From positions 2,993-66,992 of the forward strand of contig JANONW010000288.1 in assembly GCA_031421065.1 (NCBI GenBank): 64,000 bases of DNA, given 5' to 3'. A program made the position numbers and the translations under genes. Positions 29,101 to 38,109 of this stretch are shown here, piece after piece (position 1 is the stretch's first letter; the number at the start of each line of letters is the position of its first letter). This DNA comes from Prolixibacteraceae bacterium (GTDB taxonomy: Bacteria; Bacteroidota; Bacteroidia; Bacteroidales; Prolixibacteraceae). The notes under the pieces are model-generated. The model saw only the letters and a list, made by a program, of their open reading frames with translations, was not told where the DNA came from and made no database searches.

Positions 29101-30060
29101 ATGAAACGTCGTGACTTTATAAGTAAAACAGTTTTAGCCGCTCCTGTATTCAGCCTTTTCCCAGCCGATTTGTCATTTATTGCAAGGGAATCGTCGCCTG
29201 CCGGCAAGCTTGAAAAGAGATTACTGGGCAAAACCGGCGAAATGCTTTCTGTGATCGGTTTTGGTGGAATAATCGTTAAGGATGCTACTCCGGAAGATGC
29301 TTCTGCCTCCGTAAAATTTGCCATTGACGCTGGTGTCAATTATTTCGATGTCGCACCATCCTATGGTGATGCCGAAATAAAACTGGGACCGGCATTGGAA
29401 GCTTACCGGAAAAATGTTTTTCTATCCTGTAAAACCGGCAAACGGACCAAAGATGATGCCCGCAAGGAATTAGAGCAATCGCTCAAAAACCTTCGAACAG
29501 ACCATTTTGATCTTTATCAGCTACATGCGGTAACCTCACTTGAAGATGTTAAAACTATTTTAGGACCGGGCGGTGCAATGGAAACCTTCCTTGAAGCAAA
29601 AAAAGAAGGTAAAATCCGGTTTATCGGATTTTCGGCACATTCGGTTGAAGCTGCCATGGCTTTAATGAATGGATTTGATTTTGACTCCATTATGTTCCCC
29701 TTCAATTTTGCCACCTGGAATGCCGGCAATTTCGGCCCTCAGGTCCTGGAACTCGCCAAACAAAAGAAAATGGGCATAATTGCACTGAAAGCAATGGCAA
29801 AAGGGCCATGGCCTGAAAATGCCGACCGTTCAAAATACCCTAAACTCTGGTATGAGCCTCTTTTAGGTGATGATATGCGAATGGGCTTGCGATTTACACT
29901 ATCGCACCCGGTAACCACCGCATTAACTCCGGGCGATGACGACCTGTTCAAAATTGCTCTTAACATGAGAGAGACCCTCAGTCCGTTAAGCAGCAAGGAG
30001 GTAGCAACAATCAAAACAAAAGCCGCTACTGTTAATCCATTGTTTAAATATTCTGGCTGA
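29101..30060 (+). CDS. Aldo/keto reductase with twin-arginine signal
   Basis: MKRRDFI; LSVIGFGG; FDVAPSYG, LSCK, YQLH catalytic residues; IIALKAM. Confidence 0.88.
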   Translation: MKRRDFISKTVLAAPVFSLFPADLSFIARESSPAGKLEKRLLGKTGEMLSVIGFGGIIVKDATPEDASASVKFAIDAGVNYFDVAPSYGDAEIKLGPALEAYRKNVFLSCKTGKRTKDDARKELEQSLKNLRTDHFDLYQLHAVTSLEDVKTILGPGGAMETFLEAKKEGKIRFIGFSAHSVEAAMALMNGFDFDSIMFPFNFATWNAGNFGPQVLELAKQKKMGIIALKAMAKGPWPENADRSKYPKLWYEPLLGDDMRMGLRFTLSHPVTTALTPGDDDLFKIALNMRETLSPLSSKEVATIKTKAATVNPLFKYSG

Positions 30061-30083
30061 TCTATGCAATTTCCACAAAATTC

Positions 30084-30118
30084 AAAACCTCCAAAGTTCT
30101 CAAAACATTGGAGGTTTT
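30084..30118 (+). terminator. Terminator/REP-like hairpin after the AKR gene
   Basis: aaaacctccaa...ttggaggtttt followed by further T. Confidence 0.65.
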
Positions 30119-30192
30119 TTTTATGCCCCTTCTACGATCCTGATTTCCTCATCGGTGACAGCGATTCAGCTCGAAAATAATTTAGTTGAATA

Positions 30193-30290
30193 ATGAACTA
30201 CTCCGCCGCAAGCGGACGGAGTATCAACCCCAAAAAGCAAAAACAAGATACGCCGCAAGCGGCCGGGGAATTAACCCAAAAGAGATTAAA
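30193..30290. mobile_element. Non-autonomous palindromic element with two CCGCAAGCGG hairpins (IS200/IS605-end-like)
   Basis: tactccgccgcaagcggacggagta and gatacgccgcaagcggccggggaattaacccaaaagagattaaa; no transposase present. Confidence 0.55.
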
Positions 30291-30435
30291 CCTTCCTGAA
30301 ACCATTGCTGAAAAAAAAGGAATAAAATTCATTGTCTGTTTGGACGAATTTCAAAATCTGGCATCTTTCAAGGATTTTCTTTCGTTCGAAAAGAAACTCC
30401 GGGCATTTTGGCAGCGGCATAAATCGGTTACATAT
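30286..30435 (+). pseudogene. Internal fragment of an archaeal-type AAA ATPase
   Basis: LNLPETIAEKKGIKFIVCLDEFQN (Walker B) with no Walker A or genuine start. Confidence 0.6.
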
Positions 30436-30592
30436 TACCGAACCGGAACTGATTTATCATTGCCTGTACGAGATGACTTTTTATGGATTTGATCAGGAAA
30501 AAATTCAAAAAGAAATGGAAGAGATGGAAAAGGAGGTTGATGAAATAAAGACAAAAAGGGTAAAAAGGCATATTATTATTTTTTATACTTGA
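30434..30592 (+). pseudogene. C-terminal fragment resembling DUF6557-like proteins
   Basis: PELIYHCLYEMTFYGFDQEKIQ, in a different frame abutting the ATPase fragment; family recalled from memory. Confidence 0.4.
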
Positions 30593-30970
30593 AAAGGGCA
30601 GGTTAAAGCTAAGGTAGCCTCCAATTTCGAATAATCCACATTTACGCCATTCCAAAACAAATCTGACAACTCTTTTTGCGTCATGCCATACTGTTTCGCA
30701 TTCGCTTCCGTTGGATAGAGCCCGTTTCCTAAATTTATCCTTTTAATTAATAGTTTGATTTGAAATGATTAATGTAGATTTCTGTGTGGATAGAATGGAA
30801 TTTGTTGTGCAGAAATATGAAAGTCTTTTGAAAAGTTTCCCGTTTGCCAGACGGAAATAAACAATTGAACTTGCTCTTCCAAAGGCTTGAAGCCCTTTAG
30901 AGCGAACTAATTGAGTTGGAGTAAAATCAATTAGTCAGACATTATCGCATCTCTACATAATTATCGGACA

Positions 30971-33900
30971 TCAATCCTTGTACTCATCCCAGCTTTTTAT
31001 CGTCAAATCCTCAATTCCGTATTTACAGAATGCGTAAATAAACGCACTCGCTACACGTGCATTGGTGATGAGCGGAATACTGTAATCGATCGCGCTGCGA
31101 CGGATGGTGTAGCCATTGCTGATTTCACGACTGGTATGGTCTTTCGGAATGTTGATCACCAGATCAATTTTCTTTTCCTTGATTAATTCAAGTGTATTCG
31201 GATGTTTGTCTGTTTCGTCAGGCCAGTAAGCCCGGGTTGATTCTATTCCATTTTCGCTTAAAAATGTTTTTGTCCCACCTGTTGCAAACAAATTGAAACC
31301 GCGCTCAGAAAGTAATTTTGCACTTTGTATTAACTCAACTTTCGATCGCGCCGAACCAGAGGAAATCAGGATGTTTTTCTTCGGAATGGTATAACCAACT
31401 GAAAGCATAGATTTCAGAATTGCTTCGTAAAAGTTTTCGCCGATACAACCCACTTCGCCGGTTGACGACATATCTACGCCCAGCACAGGATCTGCATTCA
31501 GCAAACGCGCAAACGAGAATTGCGGCGCTTTCACTCCCACGTAATCAAGTTCGAACAACGATTTGTCCGGCTTCTGGAAAGGAGCATCCAACATTACTTG
31601 TGTTGCAATTTCAATCAGGTTGTATTTCATTACTTTCGATACAAACGGGAAACTGCGCGAAGCACGTAAATTACATTCGATCACTTTTATATCGTTGTCT
31701 TTTGCCAGCAATTGCATATTGAAAGGCCCTGTAATATTGAGTTCTTTGGCAATCTGTTTGGCTATTTTTTTAATTCTGCGAATGGTTTCGACATACAGTT
31801 TCTGAGGTGGAAAAACAATGGTCGCATCGCCCGAATGTACCCCGGCAAACTCAACATGTTCCGAAATCGCGTAAGCCACCACTTCACCGTTTTTAGCTAC
31901 TGCGTCAATCTCAATTTCTTTGGCCTGTTCAATAAATTCTGAAACGACCACCGGATGTTCTTTAGATACATTGGCGGCCAGCGTCAGGAAATGTTGCAAC
32001 TGGTCCCGGTTCGAAACCACGTTCATGGCAGCCCCCGAAAGTACATATGATGGCCTGATTAAAACCGGGAAACCAACTTCATCTACAAAAGTATAAATGT
32101 CTTCAATAGTTGTCAGTTCCGACCAGCGTGGCTGATCAATACCCAGCGTATCGCAAAGCGAACTGAACTTTTGACGGTCTTCGGCACGGTCGATATTCAA
32201 CGGTGAAGTTCCCAAAATCGGTACATTCTGGCGGTGCAGTTTCATGGCAAGGTTGTTCGGAATCTGTCCACCCATCGAAAGAACCACCCCTTTTGGCACT
32301 TCCAGGTCAACAATGTCCATTACCCGTTCGAAGGTAAGCTCATCAAAATACAACCGATCGCAGGTATCGTAATCGGTACTTACAGTTTCCGGATTGTAAT
32401 TGATCATGATCGAACGGTAGTTTTCCTTATGAATTGTGGTTATGGCATTCACGCTACACCAGTCAAACTCCACCGAACTTCCAATTCTGTATGCTCCCGA
32501 ACCCAACACGATCACCGATTTGTCGTCCTTCGGGAATTCAATGTCGTGTTCGTTTCCGTTATAAGTCAGGTACAGGTAATTCGTTTGCGCCGGATACTCA
32601 CCGGCCAGCGTATCAATTTGTTTTACCGAAGGCAGAATATTCTTGCTTTTGCGCCATTCGCGCACCTTAAGCAAATCGTTATTAATATTTTTATTGGTCG
32701 ATTTCAGTACCAAACGTGCAACCTGAAAATCGGAAAATCCTTCTTTTTTAGCCTGAAGCAGCAATGAGTCGGACAATGATTGCAGAGAATTGACTTCTTC
32801 CAGCTTATTTTTGGTTACATGAATGTTCTGTAGTTTTTGCAGGAACCATCGGTCTATTTTGGTCTTTTCGTAGATTTCGTCCACCGAATAACCTTTATTG
32901 AAAGCTTCAGCAATGACAAAAATACGGCGGTCGGTCGGATTGCCCAGTTCCTCGTCAATCTGTTCAATGGTAATTTCTTCTTTGTTGGCAACAAACCCGT
33001 GCATTCCGATTCCAACCATTCGGATACCTTTCTGGATAGCTTCTTCAAATGAGCGGCCGATCGACATGATTTCACCAACCGACTTCATCGAACTTCCCAG
33101 GTTTTTCGATACGCCGGTAAATTTATTCAAATCCCAACGCGGGATTTTACAAACGACATAGTCAAGTGCCGGTTCAAAAGCAGCGGTAGTCACTTTGGTC
33201 ATCTGGTTATTCAATTGGTGCAGTCCGTAACCCAATCCCAGTTTGGCTGCCACGAAAGCCAGCGGATAACCGGTAGCTTTAGAGGCCAGTGCCGAAGAGC
33301 GCGACAGGCGTGCATTTACCTCAATTACGCGGTAATCTTCGGAATGTGGATCGAGGGCATATTGTACGTTACACTCGCCGACAATTCCGAAGTGACGGAT
33401 AATTTTGATGGCCAGTGCCCTTAATTTGTGGTATTCTGAATTTGAAAGCGTTTGCGAAGGGGCAACCACGATACTTTCTCCGGTATGGATGCCAAGCGGA
33501 TCGAAGTTCTCCATGTTACAAACTGTGATACAGTTGTTGAAGCGGTCACGGACAACTTCATATTCCAACTCTTTCCAGCCTTTGATCGATTCCTCTACTA
33601 AAATCTGCGGCGAATAGGTGAAGGCTTTCGAGGCAAGTGATTCCAGTTCATAGTCGTTTGCACAGAAGCCACTGCCCAGTCCGCCAAGGGTGTAAGCAGC
33701 GCGGATAATGATAGGGTATCCCACAATTTTTACGGCAGCGTAAGCTTCCTTCAGGTTTATACATGCAATGCTTCGGGGCGTTTTTACATTAATTTCGGCT
33801 AGTTTTTTGGCGAAAATCTCACGGTCTTCGGTATTAATAATCGACTGTACGGGAGTTCCCAATACTTTCACATTGTATTTTTCCAAAATTCCCTGCCTGA

Positions 33901-34204
33901 ACAGTGCCACACCGCAGTTTAAGGCTGTTTGCCCACCGAAGGCCAGCAAAATGCCATCCGGTTTTTCTTTAATTATTACCTGCTCAACAAAAAAAGGAGT
34001 TATCGGCAAAAAATAAATCCGGCCTGCAATGTCTTCCGAAGTCTGGATGGTGGCGATATTCGGATTTATCAGGATGGTTTCTATATTCTCTTCTTTTAAC
34101 GCTTTCAACGCTTGCGAACCAGAGTAGTCAAACTCTCCCGCTTCGCCGATTTTTAATGCTCCCGAACCCAGAACGATTACTTTTTTGATGTCTTTATTTA
34201 TCAT
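30971..34204 (-). CDS. carB: Carbamoyl-phosphate synthase large subunit
   Basis: GEFDYSGSQA, ENFDPLGIHTGES, IEVNARLSRSS, duplicated ATP-grasp domains, MGS-like C-terminus. Confidence 0.98.
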   Translation of the reverse strand: MINKDIKKVIVLGSGALKIGEAGEFDYSGSQALKALKEENIETILINPNIATIQTSEDIAGRIYFLPITPFFVEQVIIKEKPDGILLAFGGQTALNCGVALFRQGILEKYNVKVLGTPVQSIINTEDREIFAKKLAEINVKTPRSIACINLKEAYAAVKIVGYPIIIRAAYTLGGLGSGFCANDYELESLASKAFTYSPQILVEESIKGWKELEYEVVRDRFNNCITVCNMENFDPLGIHTGESIVVAPSQTLSNSEYHKLRALAIKIIRHFGIVGECNVQYALDPHSEDYRVIEVNARLSRSSALASKATGYPLAFVAAKLGLGYGLHQLNNQMTKVTTAAFEPALDYVVCKIPRWDLNKFTGVSKNLGSSMKSVGEIMSIGRSFEEAIQKGIRMVGIGMHGFVANKEEITIEQIDEELGNPTDRRIFVIAEAFNKGYSVDEIYEKTKIDRWFLQKLQNIHVTKNKLEEVNSLQSLSDSLLLQAKKEGFSDFQVARLVLKSTNKNINNDLLKVREWRKSKNILPSVKQIDTLAGEYPAQTNYLYLTYNGNEHDIEFPKDDKSVIVLGSGAYRIGSSVEFDWCSVNAITTIHKENYRSIMINYNPETVSTDYDTCDRLYFDELTFERVMDIVDLEVPKGVVLSMGGQIPNNLAMKLHRQNVPILGTSPLNIDRAEDRQKFSSLCDTLGIDQPRWSELTTIEDIYTFVDEVGFPVLIRPSYVLSGAAMNVVSNRDQLQHFLTLAANVSKEHPVVVSEFIEQAKEIEIDAVAKNGEVVAYAISEHVEFAGVHSGDATIVFPPQKLYVETIRRIKKIAKQIAKELNITGPFNMQLLAKDNDIKVIECNLRASRSFPFVSKVMKYNLIEIATQVMLDAPFQKPDKSLFELDYVGVKAPQFSFARLLNADPVLGVDMSSTGEVGCIGENFYEAILKSMLSVGYTIPKKNILISSGSARSKVELIQSAKLLSERGFNLFATGGTKTFLSENGIESTRAYWPDETDKHPNTLELIKEKKIDLVINIPKDHTSREISNGYTIRRSAIDYSIPLITNARVASAFIYAFCKYGIEDLTIKSWDEYKD

Positions 34205-35291
34205 GGTTGCTTTTTTTATATTCGATCACATTGTTAATGAAGTCGTCGAACAAAAACTCAGTATCTGTCGGACCACTGGCGGCTTCAGGATGAAACTGAG
34301 TTGAAAAGAAAGGTTTGGTTTTATGACGGATCCCTTCGTTGGTTTGGTCGTTCACATTGGTAAACAAAGGTTCCCAATCCGTTGGCAATGTTTTCGTATC
34401 GACCGCAAACCCGTGGTTCTGCGATGTTATGAAACAACGGTCGGTTCCCTGTAACAAAACCGGTTGGTTGTGGCTACGGTGACCGAATTTCAATTTGTAA
34501 GTTTCGGCTCCGGCAGCACGCGCCAGCAACTGATTTCCCAGGCAAATTCCCATGATTGGCTTTTCTACAGCCATCGTTTTTCGGATATTTTCGACCGTTG
34601 CATCGCACAAAGCCGGGTCGCCCGGGCCGTTAGAAAGGAAAATGCCGTCAAAATCTTCGCCGCTGAAATCGTAATCCCATGGAACGACAATGACCGTTGC
34701 ATTCCGGTTCAGCAAACAACGGATGATGTTGTATTTCACGCCGCAATCGACCAAAACAATGCGGTGTTCGCCGTTTCCGTAAGTTTGTACTTTATCGGTA
34801 CTGGCAATTGCAACTAGGTTTTCCTGATTCGGATCGTAAAAGTCGATCACTTCGTCGTCAAACTCGATTTTACCGAGCAACGAACCTTTTACCCTGATAA
34901 TTTTGGTCAAGGCACGGGTGTCGATCCCGAACAAACCCGGCACTTTGTTTTCTTTCAGCCAGTCGCCCAAACTTTTGATGGCATTCCAATGGCTGTATTC
35001 GAACGAATAATCAGAAACAATTAAACCCTTTATATGAATTTTATCCGATTCATAAAACTCGTACAATCCTTGGTCTTTCGAGTCACTTGGCACACCATAA
35101 TTTCCAATCAACGGGAAGGTCGAAACGAGGATTTGGCCTGTATATGAAGGATCTGTTAAACTTTCGGGATACCCGGTCATGGCTGTATAAAAAACCACTT
35201 CTCCGGCTACCGACCGCTCATATCCGAACGATTTTCCTTCAAATGTTGTCCCGTCTTCAAGAATCAATCTGACTTTTCGTAGTTGTGTCAT
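34194..35291 (-). CDS. carA: Carbamoyl-phosphate synthase small subunit
   Basis: GEVVF, SNGPGDP, GICLGNQ (catalytic Cys), QNHGFAV, QFHPE. Confidence 0.98.
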   Translation of the reverse strand: MTQLRKVRLILEDGTTFEGKSFGYERSVAGEVVFYTAMTGYPESLTDPSYTGQILVSTFPLIGNYGVPSDSKDQGLYEFYESDKIHIKGLIVSDYSFEYSHWNAIKSLGDWLKENKVPGLFGIDTRALTKIIRVKGSLLGKIEFDDEVIDFYDPNQENLVAIASTDKVQTYGNGEHRIVLVDCGVKYNIIRCLLNRNATVIVVPWDYDFSGEDFDGIFLSNGPGDPALCDATVENIRKTMAVEKPIMGICLGNQLLARAAGAETYKLKFGHRSHNQPVLLQGTDRCFITSQNHGFAVDTKTLPTDWEPLFTNVNDQTNEGIRHKTKPFFSTQFHPEAASGPTDTEFLFDDFINNVIEYKKSNHDK

Positions 35292-35310
35292 AGTTACAAT
35301 GCTAAATATT

Positions 35311-35350
35311 AAAAAAAATGCGTCTGGCTACGGCTGTAGGGCAAACGCAT
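35311..35350 (-). terminator. Intrinsic terminator (attenuator) in the carA 5' leader
   Basis: Minus strand ATGCGTTTG-CC-CTAC-agcc-GTAG-C-CAGACGCAT then 7 more T, ending 19 bp before the carA ATG. Confidence 0.75.
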
Positions 35351-35441
35351 GGTTGTTATTTCTTAAACAAACTCTCTTTCCTATGATATTTCGTAATTTT
35401 AACCTGCTTCTTTTCAAGTACAGTTCCTTTCTGTTTTTCAT
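35328..35441 (-). CDS. Putative Arg-rich leader peptide (37 aa) of carAB, absent from the ORF track
   Basis: MKNRKELYLKRSRLKLRNIIGKRVCLRNNNHAFALQP*; 6 Arg codons; ATG 9 bp after a TAnnTTTG box; stop inside the terminator 3' arm. Confidence 0.65.
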   Translation of the reverse strand: MKNRKELYLKRSRLKLRNIIGKRVCLRNNNHAFALQP

Positions 35442-35450
35442 TGTCGGGCA

Positions 35451-35458
35451 CAAAAATA
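35451..35458 (-). promoter_or_regulatory. -7 promoter box for the carA leader
   Basis: TATTTTTG on the minus strand. Confidence 0.65.
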
Positions 35459-35495
35459 TAAATTTTTTCTGAAAAAAAGTTAGTTTTATTTATTT

Positions 35496-35534
35496 ATTGC
35501 ATATTTTTGCATCGAAAATGTATAAATATACAAA
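35496..35534. promoter_or_regulatory. Tandem ARG boxes (ArgR operator) overlapping the argR -7 box
   Basis: attgcatatttttgcatc + 3 bp + aatgtataaatatacaaa; contains TATTTTTG at 35502-35509. Confidence 0.8.
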
Positions 35535-36017
35535 ATGAAGAATCGCACTAAAAGGCAGCTTGCAATTAAACAGGCAATTCTCAATGGCCGGATCAGCAAT
35601 CAGGATGAGCTTCTGCACATCATGAAAGATCAGGGCTTCGAGTTGACCCAGGCTACTTTGTCGCGCGATTTGAAAATTTTAAAAGTTGCAAAAGTATCCG
35701 ATCAGGCATTGGGATATATATATGTCATTTCTGAAGGCCTGAATGCTGAAAACCAACGGGAAAATACACGGATTAATTTTCTTGCCGATGGGTTTCGCGA
35801 TTTGCAATTTTCGGGCTCCCTTGCTGTTATGCGAACAATGCCCGGTTATGCAAGTAGTTTGGCTGCGGTAATCGACAACTCAGAACCGTATGAAATCATC
35901 GGAACCATTGCAGGCGACGACACAATTCTGATTATCATGCGAGAAGGAGTAACGCAAAGTGATTTAATAAACAGCCTGATACTGATTATGCCCAAGTTGG
36001 AGGATAAATTGGGGTAA
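35535..36017 (+). CDS. argR: Arginine repressor
   Basis: TQATLSRDL, MRTMPGYA, GTIAGDDT arginine-binding motif. Confidence 0.96.
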   Translation: MKNRTKRQLAIKQAILNGRISNQDELLHIMKDQGFELTQATLSRDLKILKVAKVSDQALGYIYVISEGLNAENQRENTRINFLADGFRDLQFSGSLAVMRTMPGYASSLAAVIDNSEPYEIIGTIAGDDTILIIMREGVTQSDLINSLILIMPKLEDKLG

Positions 36018-36023
36018 GAAAGC

Positions 36024-36050
36024 GTTCAGTGATTAGTCTCAGTTTACAGT
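36024..36050. repeat. Degenerate heptamer array (NNNNAGT x4)
   Basis: gttcagt gattagt ctcagt ttacagt just after the argR stop. Confidence 0.45.
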
Positions 36051-36213
36051 TCTTCGCATTTAATTAAGAATATCCTTTGGCGTTTTGCCTTTAAGCAACG
36101 GACATGAAAATAAAATAAGCTCCATTGGATTGCAATATTTGTAGCACAGGAAAAGGAAGATTAGGAGAAGATTTTGAAATTCCTGAAAAATTGAAAATTA
36201 TTCAAAAACGAAA

Positions 36214-36918
36214 ATGAAAGAGTTAAAAAATATTCAGGTATTGGTTGCAAACGAAGAGCATTTATCGTATGTCGATCAGGTGAACGATGCCATCGACATC
36301 GCTTCAAAAGAGCGTGGAACCGGTATTGCCCGCCGGACTTACGAATACATTGCCACCAAAATGAAAGAAGGCAAAGCGATTATTGCCCTCGAAAACGGGA
36401 AAACTTTTGCCGGATTCTGTTATGTTGAAACCTGGGGCGAAAAAAGCTTCGTTGCCAATTCAGGGTTGATCGTTGCTAAAGATTTTCGCGGAATTGGCCT
36501 GGCCACCGCAATCAAAAGAAAAGCATTTATGCTTTCCAGAACGGAATACCCGGATGCCAAAATTTTTGGTTTGACCACCGGATTGGCCGTGATGAAAATC
36601 AATCATGAGCTGGGTTACCGGCCAGTTACTTTTTCGGAATTAACTACTGATGAAGACTTCTGGAAAGGCTGTCAAAGCTGCGTAAATTACGATATTTTGC
36701 AGCGTACCAATAAAAGCAAGTGCCTTTGCACCGCGATGGTGTTCGATCCGGTCTGGGAAAAAGACAAAAAGGGAGAGAATAAGAAAAACGGTGGCTGGGC
36801 AATTAAAGGTACTTTGCTGGACATCATCAAAAAACTGAAGCGAAACAAAAACGGAACATCACCTAAAGAGTCTACAATTTTGACATTTTTATTTAAAAAG
36901 AAAATACAGAAAATATGA
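36214..36918 (+). CDS. GNAT acyltransferase, probable glutamate N-acyltransferase (ArgA substitute)
   Basis: ANSGLIVAKDFRGIGLA acyl-CoA motif A, FWKGCQSC; first biosynthetic gene of the arg operon; no canonical argA/argJ in the window. Confidence 0.8.
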   Translation: MKELKNIQVLVANEEHLSYVDQVNDAIDIASKERGTGIARRTYEYIATKMKEGKAIIALENGKTFAGFCYVETWGEKSFVANSGLIVAKDFRGIGLATAIKRKAFMLSRTEYPDAKIFGLTTGLAVMKINHELGYRPVTFSELTTDEDFWKGCQSCVNYDILQRTNKSKCLCTAMVFDPVWEKDKKGENKKNGGWAIKGTLLDIIKKLKRNKNGTSPKESTILTFLFKKKIQKI

Positions 36919-38108
36919 AGGATAAAGTAGTTCTAGCATTCAGCGGAGGTTTGGATACTTCGTATTGCGCAAAATACCTTTCGGCAGAAAAAAATCTGGA
37001 CGTTTACACAGCAATTGCAAATACAGGCGGTTTCAATCAATCCGAGTTGGATGCCGTCGAGAAAAATGCGTACAACCTTGGAGCGGTCAAACATGTTGCG
37101 CTTGATGTGACCGATACCTATTACGAAAAAAGTATCAAATACATGGTTTTCGGAAATATTCTCCGGAACAATACCTACCCGATTTCTGTAAGTTCGGAGC
37201 GTGTTTTTCAGGCCATTGCCATTATTGAATACGCCAAACAAATCGGCGCAAAATATGTGGCCCACGGAAGTACCGGCGCCGGAAATGACCAGGTCCGTTT
37301 CGACTTGACTTTTCAGATTCTGGCTCCTGAAATCGGTATCCTGACTCCAACCCGCGACCTGGAATTGAGCCGTCAGGAAGAAATTGATTACCTGAAAGCA
37401 CACGGAGTTGTTGCCGACTGGAAAAAGATGGACTATTCCATTAACAAAGGACTTTGGGGAACAAGTATTGGTGGAAAAGAAACTTTGAAATCGAATAAAA
37501 CTTTGCCTGAAGAAGCCTATCCGTCACAACTGACCGAAACCGGAGAAAAAGAGATTACCCTCGATTTCATCGGGGGAGAACTAAAAGGTGTGAATGGCGA
37601 AATCTATGATAATCCGGTAAATGCCATCCGTGCATTGGATGCATTGGCTGCACCTTTTGCCATTGGCCGCGACATGCACATTGGCGATACCATCATCGGT
37701 ATAAAAGGACGTGTCGGATTTGAGGCTGCTGCTCCGATCATCGCAATAAAAGCGCATCAGATGCTTGAAAAACATACGCTTACCAAATGGCAGCAATACT
37801 GGAAAGAACAGCTCGGCAACTGGTACGGAATGTTCCTTCACGAAGCGCTTTATTTTGAACCTGTTATGCGCGACATCGAGAAATTCCTCGAACATTCGCA
37901 GCAAACCGTTACCGGCAAAGTAATTGTCCGCCTGAAACCATACAATTTTGTGCTGGTTGGTGTTGAATCTGATCACGATTTGATGAGATCTGAATTCGGT
38001 GAATACGGCGAAAAGAACAGTGCATGGACAGCCGATGATGTGAAGGGATTTACGAAAGTACTTTCAACATCGCTGAAAATTCATAATTCGGTAAATAAGA
38101 CATTTTAA
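36915..38108 (+). CDS. argG: Argininosuccinate synthase
   Basis: LAFSGGLDTS, AHGSTGAGNDQVRF, GRVGFEAA. Confidence 0.96.
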   Translation: MKDKVVLAFSGGLDTSYCAKYLSAEKNLDVYTAIANTGGFNQSELDAVEKNAYNLGAVKHVALDVTDTYYEKSIKYMVFGNILRNNTYPISVSSERVFQAIAIIEYAKQIGAKYVAHGSTGAGNDQVRFDLTFQILAPEIGILTPTRDLELSRQEEIDYLKAHGVVADWKKMDYSINKGLWGTSIGGKETLKSNKTLPEEAYPSQLTETGEKEITLDFIGGELKGVNGEIYDNPVNAIRALDALAAPFAIGRDMHIGDTIIGIKGRVGFEAAAPIIAIKAHQMLEKHTLTKWQQYWKEQLGNWYGMFLHEALYFEPVMRDIEKFLEHSQQTVTGKVIVRLKPYNFVLVGVESDHDLMRSEFGEYGEKNSAWTADDVKGFTKVLSTSLKIHNSVNKTF

Positions 38109-38109
38109 A

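Noticed and set aside
36104-36118. Micro-ORF MKIK* between argR and the GNAT gene as a leader peptide
   Set aside because: No Arg codons and no associated terminator hairpin; such short ORFs are expected by chance in AT-rich DNA.
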